In this document: positions 1 to 13,000 of the stretch, piece after piece
Numbering within the stretch: position 1 is the first letter of the stretch
Layout: every line of letters begins with the position of its first letter
From: Octopus sinensis
Lineage: Eukaryota
Reading direction: 5' to 3'
Length of the DNA: 64,000 nt
Assembly: GCF_006345805.1 (NCBI RefSeq)
Contig: NC_043024.1
Coordinates: 7,874,001-7,938,000, forward strand
Position numbers and translations under genes: made by a program
The notes under the pieces: model-generated
What the model saw: only the letters and a program-made list of their open reading frames with translations
Database searches by the model: none
Told to the model about the DNA's origin: nothing

Positions 1-677
1 AAAAAAAAATTTAAGGTCTTCAATTAAGGAGGATCTGATAGAAGCAATTCTGTAAGAACAATATGTTAGTAAACTTCTGGATTAGATTTTTGATTTAACC
101 CTTTTACTATAGGGTTTCTTTAATAAATATCACAGGTATAAACCTTTTTAATAACTTGTTATATAATGTCGATTTTATAAAGTGAAATAAATGTTTGTTA
201 CAATGACAGAGCATTAACTATTTTGAGACCAACCCACCCATCCAGAACCAACTCTGGTTCAAAGTAATCTAAATTAAAACATTAAAATTTCATGTTAATT
301 TGCATTATCAAACACCAGCTTAATGGCCAAGTTGCTTTAGTAAATTCATAATTTTCGAACTCAACAGAAATATGGTAGCAAAAGTGTTAGCATATTTCTA
401 TTGAAATACACTGCGATTGTTTCATTTAATTTTGAAATTAATGAAGAATTTGCTTAAGTAATTTGGTCGTTATCAAGCTGATATTTAGAAAATAAATTAG
501 CATGGAATTTTGATGGAAAGTTTTAAATTTAGAACACTTTACAAGTTGATGTTTGTATCAGATACCAGAGGCTCCGAAGTAGATTTTTAAGAACTAAAAA
601 GTAACTTGATTCCACATAGATTGTGAGCTTTCAAGCGATAAGAAATACAAATACAGGAGTTGGAATTGAAAGTTTAA

Positions 678-888
678 CCCTTTAGCATTCAGATTACTAT
701 CAAGCATAATGCTTAATTATTTTCATTTTTTCAGTTAATCATGCATTGCCTCATAGCTTTTCAATTTCAATAATGCAATCATTTATTGGTAGAATGATTA
801 GAGAATGTATGAGACCATATCTGGCCAATTTGAACAAAATACAGGTAGATTAGTTGTGCTGGATATGGCTATTTTAAATGCTAAAAGG
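678..888 (+). mobile_element. piggyBac-type MITE family A
   Basis: TTAA|CCCTTTAGCATT ... AATGCTAAAAGG|TTAA; homologous copies at 4188-4397 and 54644-54864. Confidence 0.75.
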
Positions 889-3800
889 TTAACATTTCCA
901 CGAGTCTAAGATAAACCAAAAATTCTTGCCCACGTTAGCTAAAAGTTTGATAATTTTAACAATAATTAAATAATTTCAGATGAATCAAATTTCTCATGAA
1001 AGGTTAACTGCTTTATATAATTCAAGGGTACCATGAGAACAAGAGATATGATCCCTTACTAGGGTTCACTTTCAGGTGCCAAATAGATTACAATTTTCAG
1101 AACTGCAAAGTAACAGAACACGTTCCACTGCAGTTGGTCAAAGAAGATAAAAATTGGTGGATACTCAGCCAATAGTGAGACAGACACTTCTGGAATGAAA
1201 ATATACTTCTTTATTGAGTATAACTTAACTATACCTTAATGTATTTAGATGAATGCATGAAAAGGTAAGTAAAAATAAATTTAAGGAGTACAATAAATCC
1301 TTTATTCTGGTATTTAGAGTCTCCCCCTTTCCTTTATAATCACAAAGAAAGTTGTGAAGACTTGCTAGTTTATCACATTTTAGTGAAACACTGACAGCAA
1401 TGGGTGTACATTCATTTCAAGCAAACTAAATTATTTCATAGAAGTGAAAGAAATGTACACTTTAGCATTTCACAAAAGTACGTTGAATAATCTGTTCAGT
1501 TGCATCAAGTTCACTACTGCATTTGTGGTCTGCTCAATGATTCTCAAAAGGCAAAATTGAAGTAACTGGTAACACAATGTATGCAGAGCAGTGAAAGTCA
1601 TAATTAGAGCTGGTAATTTATTTAAAAGCTACAAACACACAGACACACACACTCAAGATTAGAATTTTTTTAGACTATTCACCTCATCTTTACAAACAAT
1701 TTTGTATTCAAACTAAATCTTAATTAGTTTGATCATCAATGCCAGCCGTTGTTCCTGGACAATTACAGAGGACAAGATAAGCTAAGATCTAGTCTTGTAC
1801 TGTGTACACATCCACAACAGGCATCCAATGATTGAATAGTATATGGGTATGTTAAACATCTCAAAGATGAGATTAATAGTCCAAAACAATAAAACTACTT
1901 CCTTAACATCTCAGACATTTAATCATATATACAAACTGTTTATCAGTCTTGCTCTAAAGAAACTATAGCACTCATTGACATGTGGTTGTGAAACTTTCCT
2001 AGTATTTTTATAAAATCAAAATTCCCCTTAATTACCTAATCAAGAGGAAATATTAGAGAACATTCAAAAGGATTAAAAGGGGAGATATATATATATATAT
2101 ATATTTTTAAAAAACCTGATTTTTTTTTTTTTTTTCAATATGAAAAGACAGCATCACAAAATAGTTTACTTACCAAGTTGAGACATGGTCACTAGTGAGT
2201 GATCCTATCAGAATAGCTGTTATCACAATGAGCTGCTAGAAGAATTCAACATTAGTCAGAATACAACAGTACTAACTGTCTAGAAGTAGACAGGAGCAGA
2301 CATTTCCAGATTCATGGCCATGTTCAGCTTGGAGAAACAATAGTAGTCCCCTTCTTTCCTTATCAGTAATCCAATCTTAAAACAGAAACCAATGTGGTCA
2401 ATTATCAGATCAAACACTTGAAACTGTGGAATTATGTTACCATTTTTTTCTGGTCCATTCCATAACTTCATTTCAAGTGGCAAAAGTCAAACCTGAACTC
2501 AGCAAGATTAAATCCTCTCCATGTAAAAAATAAGATCTTAAATTTCAAATTTTTACTTTGAAAATAAAATCTACATAGATGAATCTCTTAGATTCAGATA
2601 TTTATTATGCATTCTCATTTCAAAATGTGGTTGAGCTTAAATGCATACATTGTATTTTTTAAGTAATTGGTAGTTTCTTGTAATAAAATCGATATTACAA
2701 GATACTGATATCACCTTATTTACAAGTATCTGCAAGTTGTAATGAAATAAAAAGATGATGTCTATATGTATCTAGGAGTTTCTTGTATTGAAATTAATAT
2801 TACAAGATGTTGGGTATCTCCCACTTCTGATGATAGTCACAATCCTTAATATATACTCTCAATGTTGAATCTATAGAGGGAATGAAAAAAAGGTTTCCAA
2901 GTTTAAGTGCTTGGCCAAACACCAAAGGTTTTGATATTTGTTACAAAAATAAATTCAAATAAATATTTATACATTTTAATACTGTTACATGCTAATTGCA
3001 CTATGGTCACGGTAAGTCATTAGGACAAAAGCCATCTGCTTCAGTTGCATGAAGCCATACTGATGTCACAATAAAAGGGAACAATATTCTTCATAAAGAA
3101 ATCTTTTAAGAATTCTAAATCCAGTTATCAGTATCAGTTTGTGGGATTTTGAGACAGAATCCAGGTATTTTGGAAAAAAAAATGTAAAAAAAAAAAAATA
3201 TCAAGCACAAATTAATAAAGCATTTAAGTTTCATATAAACATGCACAGTTTAATACACCAATTTTTGTTATGAGAATTTATGGTTTCCTAAAACAGTTTT
3301 TTAAAGAATTGATGAAAAAGCAAGTGATGGAAATCAATGAAACCTTAATTCCAAGTATCTTAGATCAACCATTATTCGCTAAAAGTGTGTAAGACTGACA
3401 GAAAGACCAAAGAACTAAAAACTAAATGAACAAGTTTTAAAAAGACAACAACCAACTTTAATACTTCATGGAATTGAGTCACCAGAAAATAAATTGTGAA
3501 CTGATATCAAAAGCATTTTTAAAATGATGAAAGGGAAAATGCTTCCATTCAGGATACACACTTTATCCATCAACAAACAGTTAAATAATTATCAGAAATT
3601 AATTTCATTACAAATAAATTTATAGTAGTTAGCAATTTGACATTTCAGCTTTTAAAAGTAAGAAATGTTCATTCAAACTTGAGATATCTTGATTGTAGTT
3701 TTTAAGTAAAATCAAAGTGTAAGACCATTAAATATTTGCTACTGTTCCTTCATATTGAATGGAAAGAATTTAACTACAACATTTTAAAATGTTTAAGCAT

Positions 3801-4187
3801 TACTTGGAAACCTATTTTACTGAAATAACCACACTTATAATAAAAAAAAACCTGGTACAAATCATATTTCCAAAGGAAAATAAGTTACAATACAATGAAT
3901 TCACCGAAGTGACAATGGAAAGTGATTAAGAAATTATTTCTTTTGACAGTTACATAAAGATTTTATACTAAAAAATTAAAATTACTTCGTTATTAACTTT
4001 TTAACACTCGACTATCTTATTAACAAAATCCATTTGTAAGTTTGATTGAAACTTAATTAAATACTGTTTACTTTCAAGACTAGAACCAAGAGGAAAAAAT
4101 ATTCTCTTAAAAAATAATGGGAAAAAAAAAAGACCTATAAATTATAAAAATATCAAATTTTAATAAATTCTTAAAACAGGTTTAATT

Positions 4188-4397
4188 TACTCTAACATTT
4201 AAACTGGCCGTAACAGGTCTAAATATTCTATCTAGTTTTATATTCAAATTGGCCATGTGGCCTCTCACAGCTACCCTACAATATCACTCTAAAAATAATC
4301 ACATCAAAATCTTGAAGTTAAATGAAAAAGCATAATTCAAAGCAATATGAATAAATTAGCAATACATTTGACAGAGTAATTCTGAATGCTAAAGGGG
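4188..4397 (-). mobile_element. piggyBac-type MITE family A, inverted copy
   Basis: Ends TCTGAATGCTAAAGGGG|TTAA; interior is reverse-complement similar to 678-888 and 54644-54864. Confidence 0.65.
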
Positions 4398-6467
4398 TTA
4401 AATAAGAAAGGAAGTTATTGATAGAGTCATAGATACTCAAAAAGAGATTATATCAAGGACTGGGGACATACTGAATTTGTTATGGACCGGATACTTTCAA
4501 TCAATCTACATTTGACTTTACGTCAAAAATACAAGTTTACCTGTCATCATGAGGTATTTTCATGGATGTGTAGATAACCTAAAGTAGAGGACTGACTTCC
4601 TTACCCACTATACAAGCAACGAGAGAGAAAAAACAGTTTGGTGGAATGAACATGTTGAGATCAACTTATCTCAGATTTTAAGTAAGGAGGTGGAGGAGAA
4701 AAAAATTTTCATCAAATATCAAATTTAATTTGCATTAAAACTATCTTTTTGTTTTGTTTTTGCCAAATTTGTATGTGCATACATGCAACATGAGGCAAAA
4801 CAAGACTAATCAATTCTTGATAAAAATAACCAAAATCATAATAGTTACTGAAACACTAATTCCTCTATTACATCCAGTAAATAATCAAAAGGAGAAACGT
4901 ATAGAGAAATATCTCAATGAATATAGTTAACTATAGTAAGAGAATGTTTTAAAAAAGTACCTTTGACCAAATATTCAAAAATGGAATCCTCAAGAAATAT
5001 GCTTGACATATGCCAAAACAAGTATCAGATAAAAAGACCACTAACAATTTACAAAATTCATTACACATATTTAAGCATTACAATGAATTTAGGGTTGGGA
5101 TGAAAAGAAAAAAGGGGTTAGAATAAGCAGCAAGCTCTAAATCTTCCCTACAACATAGATTGGCCAAACCCACTTACCATACAACAGCTTTAGGGTATAA
5201 GCCTTATAGAACAGTGGTGACCAGTTGAATACATACCTGCATTTCAGATCCACATGCTGGTATTCAGTAGCACAAGGATTCTCCAAGTAATTCATATTCC
5301 AACAAGGTACTTCGTATTTCATCCAAACAAGGACAGAATTTAGAAAGCGTTCCAGACACTTAATTTGCATGGGAAGTTTTCAAAGTAATTGCCAAAATGA
5401 ACAGAGTCCAGCCATCAGTATTTAAGTATGAAGTATTTAAAAAAAAAAAAAAAAAACTAAATGGCTTTCTAATCAAGAATTCTTATGTAAACTTAAGTTG
5501 CACAAGTACTGTTCGTCAAATGGGAAGAGAATCAGAACCGTCGAAGGAGAAAAACGGTTGATGATATTGCAGGAAATTAAGATATAATTGCAGAAGAAAT
5601 TCCCATTTTATCGGGTGAATTTCTCCCCTTACTCTTTAAATCAGAGATGCTGGTATTTCATTTGCATAATACTTCTCAATATCATTCAAAAGTTCTACTT
5701 TTCAGTGAAATTCTTTATATCAAGGACTATTTGGTGTAATTTTTCACATCATGTTATATAACTGTATATATATATATATCAGGTCAAGAAATATATGTAT
5801 CAAACTTAGGTGAAAAAGCTTATACGGTATAAAGTTCATCTTGGAAACTTTCAGGATTTCCATGCTTCGAGTCTTCATAATCAAATTAAACAAAAGAACT
5901 TCAGAAAATCAAATGAGCAAGGGATGGATATTGCTTCAGGCATCACAAGTTCGTTCCAAAGTTAGTGATTGAAGTGGATCAACTTTTAAAAAGAAGGCAC
6001 TACATGAAAGAATTAAGGGATGGGGAGTGGGGGTATGATGAGTAGATAGGGGGCAAAATAAAAAGTTTACTGATCCAAGTAGAAATGATTTCAAGACCCC
6101 CTCATATCATTTTAGAATTAAATGCTTGGGTTACGTGGAATCTAAGTGAAATCATCAAATTGTCTCATAACAATTTAGTATCTTTGCATGGATGTCGTAT
6201 TTCTGCAATATTGTTGTTGCTGATACAATTTCCGATACCTACCAGTATTCATACAACACAAGTGACATGACCAAATGGCGCAGTATTAGCTTTCACAAAA
6301 GAACTTATGTTCTATATTATCATCATCTGTGCCGAGTTGTCAAGAGCTACCATTATCTTGTCAATCATCGAATTTCTTCCATACTTACCAAGGGAAACAC
6401 TGTAACCAATTATGCCAATCTAGAAAAATTGGCTGACAATTATTCGTTACCACATTCACTCTAGCCT

Positions 6468-7030
6468 AGACAATTTTCTACAGGTAGGACAATTTTCTTA
6501 GATTTTAGAAAAACACAAAAAGAGTTTTAAAAACAGAGAGTGGTAGAGGTAGTTTTTCTTAAGAAAACTATCTAGAGATAGTTTTCTTAAACAGAAAGAG
6601 AGGCAGATTTCATACAGATAGAGACAGTTTACTTTAACACAGAGAAGCAGTTTTCTTAAACACACAATAAGTTTTCTTGGAAAGAGACAGTTCACTTAAA
6701 CAGAGAGGGAAAGAGAGATAGTTTACTTAACCCTTTTGATACCAACCCATCCGAGATTGTCCCTATTTAAGACACAGGCTTAAAATTTTCCATTTAAATT
6801 TCATGTTAATTTGTTCCAAACATCGGTCAAAGTTATTTTACTATATTCATTATTTTCAAAATGATTTTAAAAGGGTACATTTGAACAGAACTACAGTAAC
6901 AAAAGGGTTAAACAGAGTTTTCTTAAACAGAGACAATTTCCTAAAACACAGAGTTTCCTACACATTCTCACAAACCACAAGTATTTCCATGTGCAGTTTC
7001 TTAGATAAGTGCACATAGTTACTTAGACTT
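6468..7030. repeat. Degenerate ~20-bp minisatellite (core AGTTTTCTTAAACAGAG), split by the MITE
   Basis: More than ten imperfect units on both sides of the MITE insertion. Confidence 0.65.
6731..6907. mobile_element. piggyBac-type MITE family B
   Basis: TTAA|CCCTTTTGATAC ... GTAACAAAAGGG|TTAA; related sequence near 95-380. Confidence 0.7.
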
Positions 7031-9368
7031 GTGCACACACTCACACGCATTATGTAAAGTATGAAGTACACATAAGTTTGTGACAGACACTTTCCTGAAC
7101 AGAAAACATCTATCACAGCTTGTCTGAAGAATTTCATTAAGTATAAACTTCAATAGTAACTAAGTTTACAAACAAATTGACTTTCAAATTTCCAAGTTTT
7201 TTAACATTACAATTATGACATTATCCAAAATCATTTAAATATAATACTTAATGAGATTCTGAAATCAGACAAGCCAGTAAACATATACTGCATTCAATTG
7301 TTGAGCCCATGCGTTACAGAAAGTTTTTCCCAGTCCTTCAGTTCACCTAGACTTTTACAGCAAAAATTTTACAGTGATTGCTTCCATTAACAGCAGGTAT
7401 GGCTTCAAAAGATACACTGTACTACTAGTATACTAATGTTCACAAGTATACTTGAATGGTTGCTGGCATAAATAAGCTATAGCTATGGTTATGCCAAGAG
7501 TTGGGTAAACTCATATCTACATAAAATGATTGCAAAAATTTCAAGTATTTGGAATGCTTCATCCATTACATGTGTGACCTAACTGTTTATAGTCACAACT
7601 TGCACCAAGACATGTTAACATTTTTTTCTTTTCTTTCTTTTGTTAATAGCCAGAGAAAAATAAAAATTAGCACAGTATTCAGAGTAGCAAATTTATTGAC
7701 ATTTAAAAATTATAGCAGTTTTTTAAAGTCTTTAGACATTAATTGATATTAAGCAAATCATTCCATTGTTTTCTATTTGCTTTGCAAAATTAGAAAACTT
7801 TTTTCTTCCAATGAATGTTTGAAATTACAACAAATATCTCATCCTATATACATCATATATGTATATATAATGTATATAGTTATTCATTTTAAATATTTAC
7901 ATTAAAAATTAAAATGTTTCATTGTAATAGCAAATGAAACAATTCCTTAATACCACTTCAGGGTGTGACAAAATGGATAAGCAAGAAATGAAAAGTCAAG
8001 CAGTGAATATTTATGATGAGGTTTACAATTCACCCTAATAAACTGCCATTTCATAATCCTCAATTTGCACAAGTTAATGCTTGATGAATACTTGGAGACT
8101 AAGATTAGAGAAATTTGCCTTGCTCTCTCAAAGGAGTAATTTTCCCCCACAGTTTAGAAATATCTTAAAATGAATAGAAATCCTAAAATACAAGATTAAG
8201 AGAGTGTGTATGGTCCAAGTATCTAAATACTTGTTACATACATCTGCCAAATGTGTCTTGTTGAAAACAAGACTGAGAAATTGTGCACAAAATCTAATTG
8301 TATAAAAATGTATTTGGCATGTCATGGAAGGAGAGGAAGGGAAGTTGAAGTTTTTATTTCTGTTTATCAGATTATCACAAGCATTATTTTGAAGCATTAG
8401 CTTTTTTCTTTAGAAAACTAATTAAGTATATAAAAACTTTTGAAATGATCAAATACCTCAAGGAAGAGGGCTGGTGTAAAATACACCCACACGTTTAAAT
8501 ACAAGATGTAAAACTATAATGCTACTTTTGGTTTTATCAGGTTACACAGTATAGTTCAGACTTTAAGAGAAGAAAATACACTTCCCCAGAGCTATGACCA
8601 GCTAAAGAAAGAATTATTGTGAGGGACTCCTTACCACTAACTATATAAATCTTGAATTGAAATCAGAGAAATCTGAAACCCTGCTAAAAAAAATGGAACA
8701 GCAAAGAGGGAGGAGCTAAAGAGGAAACAGCCCAACGATATCAAGTTCTCGACCATGACATGCCAAATCTGAAATCTAAAAAATGTGCTATAAGGAAGCA
8801 AATCAGAGAAAAAGAGTGTAATTTTTTCCCCTTTAAAAGATGACCAAACAACCATATTGACAACCAAATTTGATAGTTTAGGAACAAGATCATGTACCGT
8901 GTAGCTTCCCAATGCTACAGATGAGCCAGGGATGGCTTCGGGTAAGTGGCCAGAGCTTATAATAAAAGATGGCATCAAAGAACAGGCCAAATTGCAGTGG
9001 CTTATGAAGTACATGTGGCTTTTTGCATTTTACTTTTTTCCTGCAAGATCTTTTTAACACTAAGATAGGGAATAATTTAAGGAGCTCACTTATTGAAGTT
9101 GCTGCATAAGACAATGACATTACTGAGATGGAAAAACTCAAGTCATTGGCAGTAACACTTAAAGTTGTATTATCTTCAGTAAAGTTCAGTTTATAGGTAT
9201 AGTAAGTCAGAAATGACAAGATCATCAGAATGACCCAAAAGAACATTTTGCCAAGATAATACAACTTCTATAAAGAAACAATGATTTTTAAAAAATTAAT
9301 AAATAAAATGGAAAAAAAAAAAAAAATCAGTTAAATCAGGCACAAAATTCAAGTTAAAGGTCACAATG

Positions 9369-9374
9369 TTTATT
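9369..9374 (-). terminator. Proximal polyadenylation signal AATAAA
   Basis: About 280 nt after the stop codon, followed on the minus strand by GT-rich and T-rich tracts. Confidence 0.5.
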
Positions 9375-9655
9375 AGACGGTTAAGTCGAAATGAATATGA
9401 CAAAATCAGAGTCATGATGATGAAATCCTTATTTTAGACTATGAATAACCAGTGAAACACTGATATGAAGAGCACAAGGATGGTGACACCAACAAGTAAT
9501 GGTTTTACTACTGTCCACTACATGATATTAAGTTCTCCAGGAATAAATTGATACATTTACAGTAAAAGTTAAGATAAATGAGTTGCTGTCAAAATAATGT
9601 CAATGGCATGGGTGTAAAGTTTTTTTTTGTTTTGTATCATTTTGTTTTTGTTTTT

Positions 9656-10048
9656 TTAATATCGCCGCATTCTTTTCATCTCAGCATAATCTTCTCTGTT
9701 GGCATTCTCTCTGCGTCTGTCCATCATGTTACCTCTGTCAGCACTATTTCCGCTTCCACTGCTTCCACCGCCAGCTCCGCCACTGCCGCCGCCACTACCT
9801 CCGCCGCCTCCTCCTCCTCCTCCACCACCTCGCATGCCACTGTTGCCAGCCCCAGGCATGTTCCCTCCCATATTGGAATTGAACAAGCTGGGTGGACCAT
9901 TTGGTCCACCACCCATCTGACCACTACTGATAGGTGGGCCGCCACCGCCACCCATGGCACTGGCAGCACTGCTGCCCATTCCTGCTGACCCGTAATTGTC
10001 AGTACCTCCAAAGCTGTTATCCCCAGGTTGATCGTAGCGAGACTGACG
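9656..10048 (-). CDS. NONO: DBHS last coding exon (RQSRYDQ...poly-Gly...KRMRRY*)
   Basis: ttaacttgaacag|CGTCAG; continues into the 9656..9979 ORF; ends in a DBHS-type basic NLS-like motif. Confidence 0.92.
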   Translation of the reverse strand, partial: RQSRYDQPGDNSFGGTDNYGSAGMGSSAASAMGGGGGPPISSGQMGGGPNGPPSLFNSNMGGNMPGAGNSGMRGGGGGGGGGGGSGGGSGGAGGGSSGSGNSADRGNMMDRRRENANREDYAEMKRMRRY

Positions 10049-13000
10049 CTGTTCAAGTTAAAAGGGCATATCATCAGAATGAGTAGTAAGATCAAGGGAG
10101 ATATAAATATATATTTTATAAATATATATCTTAAAATATATATATACATATATATATATATTACATAAATGTAAATTATGTAAATATATATATATATTAT
10201 ATAAATATATATCTTAAATATATATATTATGTAAATATACATATATAAATATACATTATGTAAATATATATTGTATTAAATATATATTATATAAATATAT
10301 TTTGTAAATATATATAAATATGTAAATATATATCAATATATATTATATAAATATATTCATGCAAATAAGTCTGCAAATATATATTATATATCAAATATAT
10401 AAATATGTATTTATCATGATTATTATATATATGTAACAAATATATTATATAACAAGAGAAAGGCAAATAGCATTATAGGAAGGACGCATGTAAAACAGTT
10501 ACGGAATATACTGAATGCTACAAGTCTTAGTAGAGAGGACTAGTGAAATGAAACCTGAAATAAAAACTGTATAAGATTTTAGGTTGGGTGAGTATGGAAT
10601 CAAATACAGAACCATTATTGAAACAGTCCTATTAAAATCTAATGTCTATTAAGGATATAGACATTTCTCGAAGTTAGTAGTTATAATCAGTAAGGAGCTG
10701 TCACAAAATTAATTTAATCAAATCCTTAAAAGCAATTAAATTTACTATGGCCCTCTACTGAAAACCCTTCATAAGTTGAGTTATTTTATTAGCAACTCAT
10801 TTGGAAGGGGCCAGTTTTGTTTTTATGGAAAAGGCATCCATATGTGACAAAACTGCTAAGTTTTAAATGTTAGTTTGCAGCTACTACTTATAAAAAAATT
10901 TTAAAAAGCATCTGAAAGAACAGATACTGATTTAACTTTCAGTAAATATTAAATATTCTTGCAAGTTTCCAATAAGTAGAAAGTAACAGTTTCTGTTCTA
11001 CAAAAAACTAGTTAGTCGTAAATTGACAGTTTTCACTTTTTGTAACATATCCCTGGAAAAACAAGGCCAACAACTTCAAAACTGCAGTTCAGTGGAAGTT
11101 CTCAGGGATTCATTAGACAGGAGTACAAGTGAATTCCAAATACCAGTTTCAATGATAGAACGGTGTTCACAAAAGTGTTTTGTAGAATTTAGCTCTAGAT
11201 CAACCTGATTAAGTAGATCTATAAGTCGAAATAATTCTTGCCATATCCAATACCTCTTCCAGAAGGCATGAGTAACTTGTCCTTCTTTATAAAACAACAG
11301 AAGGGAAATTTGGTGGCTATTTCTAGCAAGCTGTGTGACAGCTTAGAGGGTCCCTCATTAGCTCAAGCTGTCTGAGAGCACATGCAGATTCACAAATTGA
11401 GAAGTAAGCTCCGATGTTATCACTTAAAGTACTTGTCTTGATATCTTGTTATTTCTATCTATACATATATAAAAACTGATATATCTATACACATATACAT
11501 AAAAAGGTGTCCCAAAAACTGTATACACACTTTAACAGCTAATAACTCAATTGTCATTTCTTTTTAGATTTATAATGAAGGGAGCCCGACTAAGCTTTGT
11601 ACAAAATGCATCTACTCTAATGGGCCACTGGCAGTCAAAGAGCAAAAGACAGTTTAGGAGGGACTTTCAAATATATTCAGCTACATGACTTATCAATCAG
11701 TTGAATAAGAGAACAGACGGTACTGCTCAGAATATCCATGACTATCAACAAGTTCCATAAAGCATAAAAGAGTACCAGAAACATATTGCAAGAATTCAAG
11801 AAAATTTGTGCCCTGAGTCATGAGATGGGAATTTCAAAATTAAGGGTCCCTTGCATTTTGAAAGGTCTGGAGTTTTCCAAGTGGTACTTGGAAAGATGTG
11901 TAGAAGACTAAAACTTTTCAACGAAAGTTGCTTGAATGCGGATACATTTATACCAAATGGCTCCAGTTAACTATCGAAAGTTAGTTTACCAGGAGTTCTC
12001 TAAAGTGTGACTAAACAGGATTGATTGAACTGTTCTTTCTTAGTGATACTGTAACGACTCCCATTTATTTGCAATTGCTGCAACTGTGTCAAGGGAAACC
12101 TTCAAGAGGACTTTGTAGATGTGGAATTTTATTTCCAGCAAGATGAGGCACCCCCACACAATCCAAGTAATATAAGGGCCTACATTTGATCATAAAGCCT
12201 TATTAGTAGAAAACCCTCTGCAGTCACTAGGCTTTGTTTTTTTGTTTTTTGTATGGGAATACTGAAACTTTCAGGTACAAAGCTCATAAAAAGAAAAAAC
12301 AGAAAAAGAAAATCGAGTGCAACCATTGAACACATCTACACACAAATACCAAACAAAATACATTTAAAATTGACGGATATTTGTTCTCATCTTTGTTGTT
12401 AACACGTTTCGGATGATATACACTTCAACCGTCATCATGTGTCTTGGGGAAATTTCGAACCTGGGTTCCCTTTCCTAAGGTATTTTTCATTATTATTGTT
12501 ATTATTATTCAGGACACTGCATGAAATAGAATTTTGGGGTTAGTAGCCCGCGCTCTTAACCACTACGCCATATGGCATTGTGGTTAAGAGCACGCACTAC
12601 TAACCCCAAGATTCCGAGTTCTATTCCTGGCAGTGACCTGAATAATAAAACAATAACATCGAAAAATACCTTAGGAATGAGAACCCAGGTTCGAAATATC
12701 CCAAAGACACCTGATGAAAGTTGGAGGGTATATCAGCTAAAACGTGTTAACAACAAACAAGATGAGGACAAATATCCGTCAATTGCAAATAATGTACATA
12801 ATTCCTCATCTCTTAAATATAGGAACTGCACCAAACAAAATGTTTCAATATTTGCTATTCCACCAGTTCACATTATGAGCTTGCATGTGAACCAGAATGT
12901 TCAGTTTGAAAACAGGCATTCACAATTGAAATTTTGCCTACAGATTCTATTAAATTTTCAAAATGTATTTTAATGAACACTAACTTTATAATCCTCCAAT

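Noticed and set aside
9578-10242. Overlapping ORFs 9578-9988 (+), 9699-9920 (+) and 9724-10242 (-)
   Set aside because: Antisense or off-frame shadows of the GC-rich last DBHS exon and the adjacent AT repeat
12572-12973. 133-aa ORF and possible tRNA gene
   Set aside because: Lies in a retroelement arm and Tc1 relic; the tRNA-like part lacks a full acceptor stem
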